From NCBI GenBank assembly GCA_016748015.1, contig JAAOMT010000219.1:1-64000 (forward strand): a DNA stretch of 64,000 nucleotides. The letters are read 5' to 3'. The translations under genes were made by a program, and so were the position numbers. Positions 14,483-28,822 of this stretch are shown piece after piece. How positions within the stretch are numbered: the first letter of the stretch is position 1; each line of letters opens with the position of its first letter. A model generated the notes under the pieces. That model had not been told where the DNA came from. It did not search any database and worked only from the letters and a program-made list of their open reading frames with translations. Source of the stretch: Geosiphon pyriformis uo1. Lineage: Eukaryota; Fungi; Glomeromycota.

Positions 14483-17400
14483 TTATCTGTACAACAAAAA
14501 TGAGATCTAAAAAATAGCAAGTACTAAAGTTGAAAATATTTTACTTAATAAAATATTAGTAATTAAAAACAACTTATTAAAATCTGTTAAAACCATTTTT
14601 ATTTTATTTTCAAATATTTTATTGGCATTATAAATAATCTAAAACAATTTTATGAACATTACTATAATCTAACACCCATGTAAAAAGAGCAAAAGCAGTA
14701 TTTGAAACAATTAAAATATTAGACTTTGTAAATATTGTCTAATTTTTAGTAACTTGAAATATTGTAATAATTGTAACTTTTTTTACAATCTACTATTACA
14801 CATAATCTATTCAATTCTTGAAAAAAAATAAAACCAAACAGACCAAAAACTTTGTTATTAGACAGATTTTTAATCATCTAAACCAATTTTATCCAACTTA
14901 TTTTACTTATAATATTTGAAAATACATTATTGTTTATATAGTTTAAAAAAGCATGTTGGTTTAATTAAAGTTCAAGCAATATAACTGGCATTATTTTTTT
15001 CTTTGTTTACTCTTTTATTATTTTGTCTATATAAATTTGATCTTGCTAAAATTAAAAATCAACTCACTATTTATGATTAAATAGTTCAGAGTAATTTTAT
15101 AAAAAAATCTGTTCAAAATACTCTTAATATAGTCTTTATTAAAACAAAATTTTTTTATATGTTTCTCTATTGTCTTTTTAATAAATACAAATTTAGCATT
15201 CTTTAACTTAAAATATTTGGACTTTTACTAATTTTTCTTAATATTAAATAAATATTTAAAATCCCAGTTAAATTTTTTCTATCAAAAATTAATATTTAAA
15301 TTTTAGAAGCTATTTTTTTATTTATAGATAATCATATACATATAAACTTATCAAATTCAAATTTTTTATAAGAATTAATACTCTTAGAAAACTTCAAAAC
15401 CAGAATTTTCAATTCATAAAATCTAGAAATACTTATTTTTTAGATCTTTAAAATTATTGGTGGAATTTTTTATCATATTTTTCAATACTTTTTATATTAT
15501 ATTTAAATCTTTAGTCTTCTTTACTTTATTAAATTTTTCTAAAACTGTTGATATATTAACAAGAAAACATTTTTAAAATTATTCTACTTGGTTTTTGTAA
15601 TATCATTCAAGTTGTATTTTCAGCAATTTTTGTTAGCTTATTTATGAATTCCATTAAAGTAGATATTTAACAAGTTATTTAAACTAACAGACACCAAAAC
15701 TGCATTGTAATTAATATTAAAATAATTAAAAATTAATATAATTTTCTGTTTAATAATTGTGGATGCTAAATTTTTACTCATAAAAATATAATTGATAACT
15801 TTTTTTACACTTTAAAAATTGCTCTAAGTGAGAACTTTGGCCAAAAAATAATTTCTAAATGAGTTTATTAAACTTAAGTTCAGACACTTTTTAAATATAG
15901 CACTTTTACCAGAACTATTTTTATTAAAATGATTTTAAAAATAACAAATAAACCAGAATTTACTACATTAGCAATAAATAAATTAACTTTAAAAATTTGA
16001 CTAAATCGAATATTAGATATTATACCAATATAAAAACTTAATATCATTATTAAAAGCCTATTATTAAACAACAAACAAATAAAAAAAGACAATCAAGTAT
16101 CTCAAAGACTTTACAAATATGTTTAGCAAAATTATTATTTATTATTATTGTTAATTTTGCACTCAGATAACCAAAATTCAAACCAGAAATAAAAACTTTT
16201 ATATCTAAAAACCTGTTTTTGATTCAAGATCTAATCTGTTTTTTTAACTTTAATATTTTTTTGTTTAGTTATATTGTTTAATTCTTTAATATTACAAGTT
16301 ACAAACTTCTAAATATTACTGGTTATTAATGCAAATTATGTACTTAAAACTCCAAGCCAATACACAAATAATCTAACTTAGCCAAAACTGAATTAATAAA
16401 AATCTTAAAAGCAACTATTTTAGATTTTAGACTCCTAATTTTAGTGATTAAAATTTTAGAACTACTTAAGCTTAAATCTAATATTCTAACTGTTACTAAT
16501 AAAAAAAAAGATGAAATCTGTAAGTTATTCAAAATTATATCAAAGTTTAAGCAGAAAAATAATGCAAAAAAAGCATTTGAAACCATATTCAAAACCAAAT
16601 TTGAATCTAAAACCAAAAAATTTGTCAAGACAGAAGGTAAAAAAACAAGTATAAAAAGCACTAAATTTATACTCCTTACCTTATATATAATTATTAACAC
16701 CTAATCTACCAACAATTCCAAGAAATATTTTAAAAAAACCAATTAAATACCAATAGAGAATATATCTTAAGAGGCAAAAAAATATTACCAAGATAAAAAT
16801 TATCAAAGAAAAAAAATTTAAGAAGAAAACTAAAGTAGACATTAATAGAATCAACTATTAAAAAAACTATTTACACCCAAAATTTGCCACTAAAAGCAAC
16901 AAATCAAGCAATAAAAACATTTTTTTTTTGCATAAAAGTGGACCAGTTAGAAGCAATTTTTATTTGTAATAATCTTCTTATAAATTTTTTTAAGATAAAA
17001 ACAGATGAGTCTAAAAAATTATATTCAAGAGATAAATATTTAAAACACTTACGCTTTTCACAATAAACCAAATTTAATTTAGTCTAAGAGAGTTTTACAT
17101 TACTAAATATTGGTTTTGTGTAAAAAACAAATTTTAAATTATTATTAAATTTAAAGTTTATTACAGTATAATAAATTCTATTACCAATATTAAATAATTA
17201 ATTTATAATACAAATTTTTTTACCAGTTTTTTCCAATAAATTGCTAAGATTATAAGTCATTGTTCTTATAAACAAAATAAATAAAAGTGCTTTAAACTGA
17301 TTCTTTAACATCTAAGTATCATGATCTTTTATAGTCTTGGTTATATATATTGAATTTTTTCTAATTAAGAATAATTATTTAAATACCAACTAATCTGTTT

Positions 17401-17735
17401 AATTTAATTTGGCAAATTCTATTATAATCTTTTGTCACATCTTAATAAGTTGTAATTTGATTGACACTATCTAATTATACTTAGCTTTTGTGATAATTAT
17501 CATTTTTTTTAATATGTTTATAGAAATATTTTTGATTATTACAGCCAAATTTGAATGTATTCTTTGTTTTTTAAAATTATTATTTACTTTGATAGCATTT
17601 TTTTTAGCCAATAATACAGTTTTATCCATACTTTTTTTAGAAATAAACATAAATCTAATGATTTCTTTAAATTTTAAAAAAGTAGTGGCTCTCTAAAACT
17701 ATTAATTAATAAAAAAATCTTTCTAATAGTTTGAA
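14483..17735 (-). mobile_element. Degenerate LINE fragment (ORF1 C-terminal half, APE endonuclease, start of RT), same family as 60779-64000
   Basis: ORF 16344-16700 C-terminus SSSKILITKIRSLKSKIVAFKIFINSVLAKLDYL matches 62297-62869. It is followed by the APE start TSNI*KFVTCNIKE. Confidence 0.8.
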
Positions 17736-17926
17736 TAGGATTCTAATTAAATTAAACCAAACCAAATTTTGGGTGTTGTTTAAGTTTAGTTCAAATTATA
17801 AACCAAATTTGAACTAACCAATTTTTTAAAATAGATTCAGTTTAAGTTTGACATTGAACTTTTTTGACAAGTCTGAGTTTGGTTCAAGTCTGGTTTAAAG
17901 TTTACAAATTTGTTTAAGTTTGATAG
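17736..17926. repeat. Possible end of a DNA transposon or MITE (aaacca/ggttca/gaact motif cluster), target of the Gypsy B insertion
   Basis: Abrupt break in the LINE, then clustered short inverted motifs like hAT subterminal repeats. No matching TIR was identified. Confidence 0.3.
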
Positions 17927-18595
17927 TGTTATGGGTTAGAATAACAAACTAATGGATAGCAAAAGAGAACAGAATTGTATGGTAATAAAATTAATCAAAA
18001 AAATTCAACTTTAAAGAATAAATTAAATGAGTATGGATTTAATATACAAGATTAGTTTCATAAATTATCTTAATCACTATTTTTTTTAAAAAATAACCAG
18101 AAAATTTAAAGGTAAAAAAATAGTCCATACTGTTAACAAATAATAACACATTAATATAATTCTATGGCTTATGTTAACACTCTTAAAATTCAATATCAGA
18201 TATCAGATGTGTTCTTCAGTCATATTTTATTTAATAATTTTTAAATGCTATAATTATATAAGTCAGAAAAAGAGTAAATAAATGCCAACCAGTAATTTTT
18301 TATCCTAAGATGTTTAGATACTTAAAGATAAAGAAAAAGATTAAGATAAAGTTGTTATTTTATTTCTTTGCTTTTGTTAATTTGTACATGTTTTTCTACA
18401 GCTAAAAAATCTATCATTTATATAGCTATTATATATAGTTAAGAATCATGTCAATAATTAGAATTATAATCAGGTTAATAGTTAGGTTATTAATTAGGTT
18501 AATAATTACTATTTAAAAATAAAATGGCTAATTATATAATATTAGTAACTAATACATGTAATAATTAATAAAATAAATGGGTTTTAATTATAATA
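17927..18595 (-). repeat. 3' LTR of Gypsy B
   Basis: tgttatggg...ttataata, homologous to 38940-39636. Confidence 0.85.
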
Positions 18596-19187
18596 TTATC
18601 TTTTCCAAAGAGATTAAACTTTAGTAAAATTAAATTATTTATAAGGTATTCTATCTGAAGGATTTTATTTAACTCAAAGCTAACTAGTTTATTGAAATTT
18701 TTTGTAAATAAAGTATATAATATCTGAGATAAAATAAGTTTTATATTCAAGAAATCAAATTTTTATATAAGAGTTTTGGTTTTTTTAACAATAGTCAAAA
18801 CTCTTAAAATATTTAACTATACAATGCCCAAAATTTTCACTTGTATTTCTAAAGTTGTTTTCTTTATGAGTTTTATATTCTTTATAATTTTACTAAGATA
18901 ACCATAAAGTTTTAGTTGTCTTCTATATAATAAGTTTTTGTTTATAAACAAGATTTCTTGAATTGTTTTTTCAATTGTGCTTAAAGATAAAATCATTATT
19001 ACTGTTATACTTTTTAGCAGATATTTATCTATTTTGTTACTAATTTTTTCTCTTTTAATAGTGGCTTTTTTTGGTTTAATAACAGTATATGTTTTATTGT
19101 TATTAGTTATAATAATTTGTTTTCTAATATTTAGAGTAGCTTTTGAATAATTTTTGATCTAATACTTATGAAGAGTATAGAAAACAT

Positions 19188-20181
19188 TGTTACAAGTAAT
19201 TATTTGGGGTTTTAAAGCAAATAAATCCGTAACTTGGTGCTCAATTGATGGCTGTTAATATTGGTTTCTAAAGGTTTTTGGAATCTGAAGGTTTTGGTTG
19301 AGTCTTTTGTATAATGAACAAAGATTCAATTATTGTTTCAGTAGCCTCCTAGAATTGCAATTCCATCAAATTTTTTTCTCAGTGTGGTGGCCAGTAATTC
19401 TCCTGGTAAGCTATTCTTAATTATGAGTGTTCTACCCTTGTTTTACAGGTCTTTTACCAGTCTCTATAACATCTGTAACTCAGTGCTTTAATTTTTTTAA
19501 TCAATTAATACAACAAAAAGAAATAACAAAGAAAAATAACAGAAAATAAAAGAAAATAAAGAAATAAGCCAAGACAATAAATGTTAGTATCTCATCAATA
19601 GCCATGATTAAGAGCTATTGTTTTAGTGTGGTTAAGTGTTAGATTTTATTAACATAAAATGTTGATAAATGGAAGAATAAATAGATTCTCAAAAGAATAA
19701 TAATAACATGAATTTGAAGAATTGAAAGGATATTTTATTAATATAATTTCATTTTGGTTAATAACAACTATTCTTGAAATAAGAATTAATAAATAGAGAA
19801 GAAAGGAGATTGTACTAAATTAATAAAACTCTATTGAATTCTCCAAGAATTCTTGAATTTTCTAGAAATTCTTGAATTCTCTAAGAATTACTTTTTCTGT
19901 TTTTAATACTTTTGCTATATATATATAATTTATGTTATATGAAATTCTGCACATTTGTGAGCAATATGCCATAATTTCTCAAGCAATACTTACATTGCTG
20001 AGTAATATGCTTGTAATTTTTGACAATGTGCTTATTGCTAAACAATTTACCATAATTCTCTAACAATGCTTCATATTGCTAAGCAATATGAAACATTGTT
20101 CTATATACTATTCTTTTATTGGTCTATTTTCTCTATCTGTTTTTTTTACTATTTTTTTGTAATTTTTTTCTATAAGTAACA
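19188..20181 (-). mobile_element. Solo LTR (family C-related, carrying the ATTGCTGAGCAAT repeat module)
   Basis: tgttaca...gtaaca termini; TSD ACAT/ACAT. Confidence 0.85.
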
Positions 20182-20833
20182 ACATTTTGAATATTTTGAT
20201 CCAGAAAATAATTGTTTATGTCAATTAAAAATATATCTGTTTTGAGAATTGTGTATTTATTTATACCTAATTTTTGCTGATTATTTAGATCAGTATTATT
20301 ATAACAAATAATTAATTAAGTCATTTGTGATATTTCTTGAGTTATATACTATGAACAGAGCAATTATTAATGATTTTTTTATATTAATTTTGTAAAATAT
20401 AAAAAACATTGTTCATTGCTGAACAATGTGCCTGTAATTTCTGACAAGATGCTCATTGTTAAACAATATACTGTGATTTTTTAATAATGTTTCATATTGC
20501 TAAACAATATGCTCACATACTAAATACTATTTTTTTATTGGTCTATTTTCTCTATCTGTTTTTTTTACTATTTTTTTGTAATTTTTTTCTATAAATAACA
20601 ACATTTTGAATATTTTAATCCAGAAAATAATTGTTTATGTCAATTGAAAATACCTCTGTTTTGAAAATTGTGTATTTATTATACCTAATTTTTGCTGATT
20701 ATTTGGATCAATATTATTACAACAAATAATTAATTAAGTCATTTGTAATATTTCTTGAGTCATGTATTATGAACAGAGCAATTATTAATGATTTTTCTAT
20801 ATTAATTTTGTAAGATATAAAAAACATTGTTCA
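19993..20833. repeat. About 421-bp tandem duplication spanning the solo-LTR/flank junction
   Basis: 19993-20413 is repeated at 20414-20833; the copies differ mostly by transitions. Confidence 0.9.
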
Positions 20834-20949
20834 AAACTTTGTTGACTATAAAAAGTCTTTTCTGTTGGCTAAAAAACTTATTATTATAGACATTGTCTTT
20901 GTTTAAGCAATATTTCAAATTTAAGTTACTAATACTTAAGGAAAATAGT

Positions 20950-23550
20950 TTATAAGTTTTTCTTCTTAAGCTTTTTTTGAAACTGTTTTATTTTTTCAAA
21001 AACAATTATTTGTGCTTTTACCAAGAAGTTAAGAATGATACCAAGTTTTTTTTGCAAAATATCTTTGTAATTTTTTATTGTAATTTCTTTAAAGAATATT
21101 GTCTTAATATCAGTTTTTATTGATAGAGTTGTCATTTATTTATAGTACAAATAAAAGGATTTATAACTTATTATGTTATGATTCACAGTTTTATAAACAA
21201 ACAAAGCTAAAGGCAGTACTTTATTTTATAAGTTTGTTTTTTCACTGGTTTTGGCTAATGTTTCACATAGTGTTCTGTTAAAACATTCTACTAAGCTCTT
21301 TGTTTGAAAATAGTAAAAAGAAAAGAGTTTATGATGTATTTCTATTTTTTTACAAAATTCTTTAACCAATGTACTAAAAAAAGCTCTTTTTTTATTAAAT
21401 AAAAGCTTTTTGAGGCAATTATAACAGCAAATAATATCTTCATAAATGAAATTGGCTATAAAAACTGTTATTTAGTCAGAAGTGGTTTTTGTTTCTACCC
21501 ACTTTGTAAGATAGTTGATAGCTGTAATAATATATCTGTTGTCATTAGAAATTATTGTTAAAAATCTAACAATATTTATACTAATTTTGTTAAATAGTTA
21601 ACCAACAAAGATTGAATAAATATTTTCTTTGTAATTGGATTTTTCTCTTTTTTGGTAAATATTACAGATTTTTATGTACTTAGCAATATTTTTTCTAAGA
21701 TAGACCAATAATAACAAGCTAAGACTTTTTAAATTGTTTTTGCTTTTCCAAAGTGTTTAGCTAATAGATTAGTGTGTATATTATATATCACAATTTTTCT
21801 TTCTTCAAATCTGATAACTCTTTGAAAACAATCAAAATCTTTTCTGTTTTTTTTGTATAATTAGTTTTGGCAGATCAAATAAAAATTTGATTGTTTGTAC
21901 AAATGTTCTCTTTGTTGTTGATTGTAGTCTAATGAATATTGTTTTTTACTCAAAAATTTTATTAGTATAAAGTAGTTGTCTAAGTCTATTATTATGTTTA
22001 ATTAAAAAAAAACTTATTAATAATTAAGTTAGTTTGGTTTACAGAAATTGTACTATTACTGAATAATAAGTCTGAAAAAAGCATTAGTATTTTAATAATT
22101 TGCTTCTTTGTAATATTAAATATTATAATTAAATTTATCCAAGTAGAATATCCAACAAGTTATCTTTTTGTGTTTCAGCTTTTTTTTGTTGTATAATTAA
22201 ACTAAGACTTGATAATTTATTATTATTAAAAATTTTATACCAAAAAGATATTTATCCCAGTAATTAGTAGTTTAAACTACTGTTGAGCATTCTTGTTTAA
22301 TAACAGAATAGTTTTGTTCTGTTGGTAAAAGTGTTCTATTTGTATATATTATAGTATGTTTTTTGCTATCTTTATCTTTTTGTGAAAAAACAATACTAAG
22401 TTTATAGTCAGATGTATTAGTATGAAAAATAAAAAGTTGATCTAAATTAGATTACATAAAGATAAGTTTTGTAACCAATTTTTCCTTCAAAGTTTCAAAT
22501 GTTTTTTGTTAATATGTGTTTCAATAATAATTGACATTTTTTTTAAGTAGCTAATTAAAAAAAAGGTAATTTTGGAGAAATCTTTAATAAATTTGCAATA
22601 ATAAAAGACCAATCCAAGAAAAAAGTATAGTTTATGAACATTTATTGGTTGTTTAATGTTTTGGATTTTTTCAACTTTGGCTGGATCAAAAAAGATTCCA
22701 TTTTTTATAATAAAATAACCAAAAAACTGGGTAAATTGTCATCCAAAAAAAGGTTTGATAAGATTGATCTTAAGATCAGCATTTCTAAGGAAATCAAAAA
22801 TATTTTGTAAATGTTTAAAATGTTTATTTCAGGTTTTTAAGTATATTATTATATTGTTCAAATAAACTAGAATAAAGTTTTTTTTTACTGATTTAAATAC
22901 TTTGTCTATTAAGCATTGAAAAATAGAAAAAACATGACTGTAAATTCGTAAATACTATACTTGGTAATAAAGGCAGTTTTTTTTTTGCTTTTTAGATTCA
23001 TTTTTACTTGTTAGAATTCAGCAGTTAAGTTAATAGTTGAGAAAAAAGCAGCATTGTTGAATTTGTTTAACATTACATTAATTTTGGAGAGTAGATACAT
23101 GTTTTTTTTAATAATAGCATTTAATTGGCAATAATTAACACAAAAGTGAAGAGTTCTATCTTTTTTAAATATTATTACAACTGGAAAAGCCTATTCATTC
23201 TTGGTTTTTTGTATGAATCTAAGATTTTTTATTTGGTTTATTTCTTTTTTGATAAACTTATTATTATAGTAATTAGACTAATAAGATTTCAAATAGATAG
23301 AATAAGTTTTTTTGATAGTGATAGTGTGTTGTATCACATGGGTATGTTCAGAAGTATTACTTTCTCTTAAGATAATTAGGCTATTTCTAGCCAACAGATT
23401 TTTAATGTCTATTTTTTTTTCATCTAAGGAGAATTTTTTTTGCTCTATTATTAATAACTGTATCTCTAGTGGTTTATTCTCAAAAAACTTTTGCACTTCT
23501 TGTATTTCTTTTTTTGGTATTAAGCTAATAGGTTTTCAATCCTTGTAATA
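20950..23550 (-). pseudogene. RT-RNaseH-integrase relic of Gypsy B
   Basis: Minus-strand relics: EHTHVIQHTITI (pre-RT), FILVYLNNIIIY (YLDD region), FIFHTNTSDYKLSIV (RH), RYIITAINYLTKWVET (IN). Confidence 0.75.
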
Positions 23551-23639
23551 GATTAGACAGGATTTGTATTTATTATTGGAAAAATACAATGGCTTATTGT
23601 ACTAGTATCAAACACAAAAACTATGTTACCAATAACTGT

Positions 23640-24596
23640 TGTTACCAGTAGAATTTTAGCTATTAATTAGTATAAAATTACTTTTCTAATTTATAGTATT
23701 AATTAGTATATATTATTATTATTTTAATTATTATGTATTAATTAATCAAATTATCAAATATTATCAAATCAATTAATAATCCGATTTGTACCATAGAAAT
23801 TAAGATGATTAAATTACACAATACCTTAAACCATTTAATATTTAAAAATTCGCCAAAATAAATAGAAATTGGCCAAAATAATCAATAGTTTGAAAAAATA
23901 ACTTGTAGTTTATTGAAATGTTTTTTAGTTTGCTAAAATTATAGCAAAAAAGAAAAATACAAGTTCAAAGACTAGTACTATAACAAATTGTATAAAAAAA
24001 AGCTTTTTTTTTCAAGAAAATATATCTTATTTTAGATTCATCTTATCTTATATTACTCAAAATCATTTAATTTTTACAAATCAAATAAAAATTAAAAACA
24101 TTCAAAAAAACAAATATACTTTTTACACTTGAAATTTCTTGAAACCCAATTAACGTTTTAAAATTAATTAGCTATTAATTTCAATAATCTGTTAGTAACT
24201 CCAGACCTAAATAGAAAACAATTCCTTTGACAAAACTCTATTTCTTTTACATTTTTTTTATTTTTCTTCTACTTTTTTTAATATAAATTATTAGGATAGT
24301 CTACAGACAAAATTCTTGTAAAAGAATTAACTTTTACAACAAAGTAACCACACATTTAAGTAAGCTTCCAGACAAGCAATTCTTGAGAAAAAGTTGATAT
24401 TTACTATAATGTAGCTACACAAAGTAACTGGCACAAAATTGGCCATTCTACTTATAAGCCCAGCAGTTCAAATTATAAGAGATAATTTGAAGATAAATTT
24501 AGTTATTGGAAGTCCAACTACTTCCAAAAAACATGGATTCACAGCCAACAGGCATTAACAATATTCAAAAAAAGAGATCAAAAATTTCTGGTAACA
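23640..24596 (+). mobile_element. Solo LTR of family A, opposite in orientation to the host element
   Basis: tgttaccag...ctggtaaca inverted termini; reverse complement of 9728-10670; TSD CTGT/TTGT. Confidence 0.9.
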
Positions 24597-24944
24597 TTGT
24601 ATTTGGCTTTTTTGCCAGGCTTTCTGTTAAAAATTCTTCTGAATATATTATAGTATGACCAACAAATTAGCTTGTTATTTACAATATTTTTTTTTGTCAG
24701 CTTTAATGTTGTCTAATGGCTTGTCATTGTTGGTAAAAACAATGTAAACAAGTTTAGCAGTTTCTTTTTGTTCTTTTTCTTTACTTTCTTTATTATTTGA
24801 TCTATCTAATTGATTTTTTTCTGGGTTTTGCTTGAATATAAAAAAAGTTGTCTAATGTTAACACTTAATCACAATAGACTTCTTATTACATCTAATAGTT
24901 AGTTCACAAAGTTTATAGTTGAGTAAGGCTTTTGTTTTTTTAAG

Positions 24945-25199
24945 TCATTTATTGCCAACAATTATGATGTATTTTTTGGCTTTAGATACTTCTATGTTAG
25001 TTTCAATGTTAATTTTATTAATGTAAACAGAAACAGCTTTAGTAATGTTAAGTTCTTTTTTTTTGTCGTCATATACATTGGTTATTGGTCTGGTTAAAAG
25101 TTCATTAATTTTTCTATTAATGGCTCTAAGAAAATATTTGGCAATTACACTAACAAATAATTTACTGTCTAGAATTAAATCAATAAAATATTCAGCCAC
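24945..25199 (-). pseudogene. Aspartic protease relic of Gypsy B
   Basis: FIDLILDSKLFVSVI, a mutated LILDSG motif. Confidence 0.7.
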
Positions 25200-25649
25200 T
25201 TGGACTTTGTAAATTAAAGAGGTGATATTGTTGTTATCAATGAGTTCAGCTTAATAAGAATGTTTGTTGGTTTTTGGTGTCTTTTTTTTGAAATCAAAGA
25301 TTTGTGAAAATTTTTTTTGAATTATTAATTGGCCAAAAATAATATGAGTTGATGTTTGTATGAGATCTTTAACAACAAAATAAAGGCCAAATTTTTGTAT
25401 TATTTCTAAGGGTTTTAGCTTTAGAAAATTTTTAAAAATTTTTGTTTTTAATGGTTCATTATTATTAGCAATTAATATAGAAGCTTTATAAAAGTCTAAG
25501 ACAAAATCAATCTTGGCTTTTTTTTTTTCTTATTGAATTAAAAAGATTAATTACCAGTTCATCTATATTATAGTCATTATTAGTTAGATTAAAAGCATAA
25601 AAAAGGTTTTCTTTTGGTTGGCTTGTATTTTTATCCTTTGGAGATGTGT

Positions 25650-27387
25650 TGTTATAAGTGATTATTTGGGGTGTAAAAACAAATAACAAATTTGTAACTT
25701 GATGCTTAATAGCTAGTTGTGGTTGGTATTTTCTGAAAATTTTTATGATTTAAAGATTTTGGTTAAGTCTTTTGTATAATAGACAAAGATTCAATAATTG
25801 TTTTAGTACTCTTTTAAAAGCTTATTTTGTGAATTTTTTTCTTAGCATAGTGACTAGTTTCTTCTGGTAAGTTATCTTCAATTTTTAAGTATCTATCTTT
25901 TTTTTATGAGTCTTTTTTGATATCAATAACTCAGCACTTAATTTTTTTAATTAATTAGCAAACAACAAATAAAACAAACCAAAATAAAAAAAAATAAAAA
26001 AAAGGAAATAAAAAAATAAGAAAAGAGAAGAAAAACAGAAATTAGTATTTTGTTAATAGATATAATTAAAAACTATTGGTCCAGTATAATTTAAGTGTTG
26101 AATTTTATTAATATAGAGTGTTAATAAAGTAAAAGTAATTAATATTTTTTAGTTAAGTAATAATAATATGGATTCAAGTGGTAATTGATATTTTATTAAT
26201 ATGCAATTTAATTCTGCTTTAAGTTGTAGAAAACTACTTTTTGAAAGATAAAGTATAAAATAATTAATGAGTTGTAAGTATTAATTCTGTTTCTAATACT
26301 CTGTTATGGGATGGTTTTTTTGGTATATTTAATTACTAATATTCTATTTTAATTGCAATTAGTCTTTTACAAGTTTTTCAATTCTATTTGTGTAATAATA
26401 TTACTGTTATACTAAAGGCTTTTTCTTTAATGTCATAATGTAAGTTATTTCTCAATTTTTAATTGTTGTGTGTATTTATGTATTCTTTTTCAAAAACTGA
26501 ACTGAAATTTACTTACTGTCTGAAGTTTTCTCTAAGACTATCTTTGCAATTGTCTAATGTGTTTTTCTAATCTAAAAACACAGAATGTTAATGGCCTTTA
26601 GTGCTTTTCCTAATTTTTACAATAAAGTTTTTATCAATTAGTAACAACATAAATAATCTTGATCAGAGATTATTTTTCCAAAAGATTTAGCTGATAAATA
26701 ATAGTTTCATTCAATAAGTAATACAAGTAAGTTTCTTAATATTTTGGGTTGTAATCATTCAGTTTTCAATATTTTTTTATTTCTTTTTAATTAATGGTTT
26801 TTGTGAATATTTATTTTAAAAATAAAAACTAAAAAATAATTAGAGTAGAATTGTTGAATGAATTGTTTGATAACTTGCTTTTATGATTTGTTTTATGACT
26901 TGTTGGATAATATTATTTTTCTCAATATTAAAGCTACTATATATATATATATTTGTAATTCTATGAAAAAACACATTGTAATACTTTCTTTTTGGTATTT
27001 TAATCTGGTGTTTGCTACTATTATCAGTTGGTATTAACCACTATTACTAGTTGGTATTGATTACTATTATGAACTAGTGCTTACCACTATTATGAAATAG
27101 TACTTGTTATTATATTAATTATTACCATTTTAAGATTATTATTGTGCTATATTATGATTAAATAATTTATTTTATTTTATGATTTTTTTGCTAAATTCTT
27201 GAATTATAACAACTTTTATTATATATACTTAATTAATATTATATAAGATTCTTTAGATTTTTTTAATATCTTTAGCCAAAAATTCTGTAATTCCTTAAGA
27301 AAAATTCTGAAATTTCTCTTTTATTACACCTATTTCTAATTAACTATTATATACTTTTTAAGAATGCCTAAATTTCTATAAATAATA
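25650..27387 (-). mobile_element. Solo LTR (family C-related), split by another solo LTR
   Basis: Starts tgttataag, ends aataata; TSD GTGT/GTGC; homology to the other LTRs resumes after 27211. Confidence 0.8.
26302..27211. mobile_element. Solo LTR of a fourth family, nested inside the previous LTR
   Basis: tgttat...ataaca termini; TSD ACTC/ACTT; internal ~23-bp tandem repeats near 27015-27110. Confidence 0.75.
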
Positions 27388-27956
27388 GTGCTTATTAATT
27401 TAAAAATTAATAAACAGTGGCTTTAACTAAAAAATTCTCTTCAAAAAAATTGATGTTGGTATGATTAGATTTTTAATTAGAAGCATTATTGTTATTAATT
27501 CTGTTGTTTTAAGTTTTATTGTTTCAAGTAATTGAAAGAAACAAGAGAGAATTGTTGCAATCTCTAAAAAAATGTTCAATTAATCTACAGTAATAGTATA
27601 CAAGTAGGCCACAATTTTGTTGTTTTTGATAAAATAGTTGCTAAGACTAATTGAAACATAGTTTAAATCTGGGTCTTTGTGGTTGCTAGTTATTTCTGAT
27701 TGTTTGTGCCTAAAATTTTAATAGCTAAACAAAATTTGCTGTAAGTCTATCTATTAACTGTTTATTTGGGTCTTGAGTTTAAGCAATAAAAGAGATAGCA
27801 GCTATTTGAAAAACAAGGGCCAGAATAGGAGCAGAAATAAAAACTAGAAGAGTAAATCCCAAATATATTCTTTAATTATCTTTAATTTTCTGAGCAAGTT
27901 CAATGGCCATGTCTATTGTTAAATTATTTCTTAAAGCCAAGAAAGACCAAAAACAT

Positions 27957-28807
27957 TGTTATAGATAATTATTTGGGGTCTTAAAACAAATAACAAATTT
28001 GTAACTTGGTGCTTAATTGTATTCTGGTGTTGATATCTGACAGTTTGGTTGATCTAAAAGTATTGTTGTAGAGTTCTTTGTATAATGGACAGAGATTCAA
28101 TAGTTGTTTCAGTAGTCTCCTGGAATTGCAATTCCATCGAATTTCTTTCTCAGTATGGTGGCTGGTAATCCTTCTGGTAAGTTATCTTCAAATCTATAAG
28201 TGTTTTACCCTTGTTTTACAGGTTTTTTACCAGTCCCTATGATGTTTATAATTTAGCACTTAATTTTTAATCAATTAGTAAACCCAAAAAAATAACAAAA
28301 AGGAAATAAAAGAAAAATACAAGAATATAATGAAATCAATAAAAGCAATTGCAAGTTAATATCTTATTAATAGCCATAATCAAAAGCTATTGTTTCAGTA
28401 TGATTAAGTATCAATTACTATCAACATAAAGTGTTGATAGTAGAGAGTGGATTTAAGATAAAAAATAATTATTTATTGATATTTGTAAGTTGAAAGATTA
28501 CTTAGATTAAATTTAAACTAAGAGGTCTGTCTTTTCTATTTCTAATGCTACTGCTATATATACATAATTGAGATTCTTCAATTTCTCAATTCTTCACACC
28601 AGAAATCCTGCAATTCCTGAAATCCTGCAATTCTTTTAAGAAAAATCTTGAAATTCTGGAATTTTGCGATTTTTTGTACAAGAATCTTGAAATTTCTGGA
28701 ATCCTACAATTCTTCTAAGAGGAATCCTGGAATTTCACATTTTACTACGGTTACTTCTAATTGGCTAATTTATATGCTAATATACTTTCTATATTCTATG
28801 AATAACA
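27957..28807 (-). repeat. 3' LTR of Gypsy C
   Basis: Direct repeat of 37046-37897. Confidence 0.95.
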
Positions 28808-28822
28808 TTTTTCTCTCTTTTT
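28808..28822 (-). other. Polypurine tract of Gypsy C
   Basis: Minus strand aaaaagagagaaaaa directly abuts the 3' LTR. Confidence 0.85.

Noticed and set aside
19940-20100. Regularly spaced palindromic repeats (also 50195-50360) resembling a CRISPR array
   Set aside because: No unique spacers, no cas genes, eukaryotic context; these are LTR-internal tandem repeats.
2622-25689. Short I/K/N/L/F-rich ORFs in the AT-rich zone
   Set aside because: Chance frames or fragments of mutated TE genes, not host genes.
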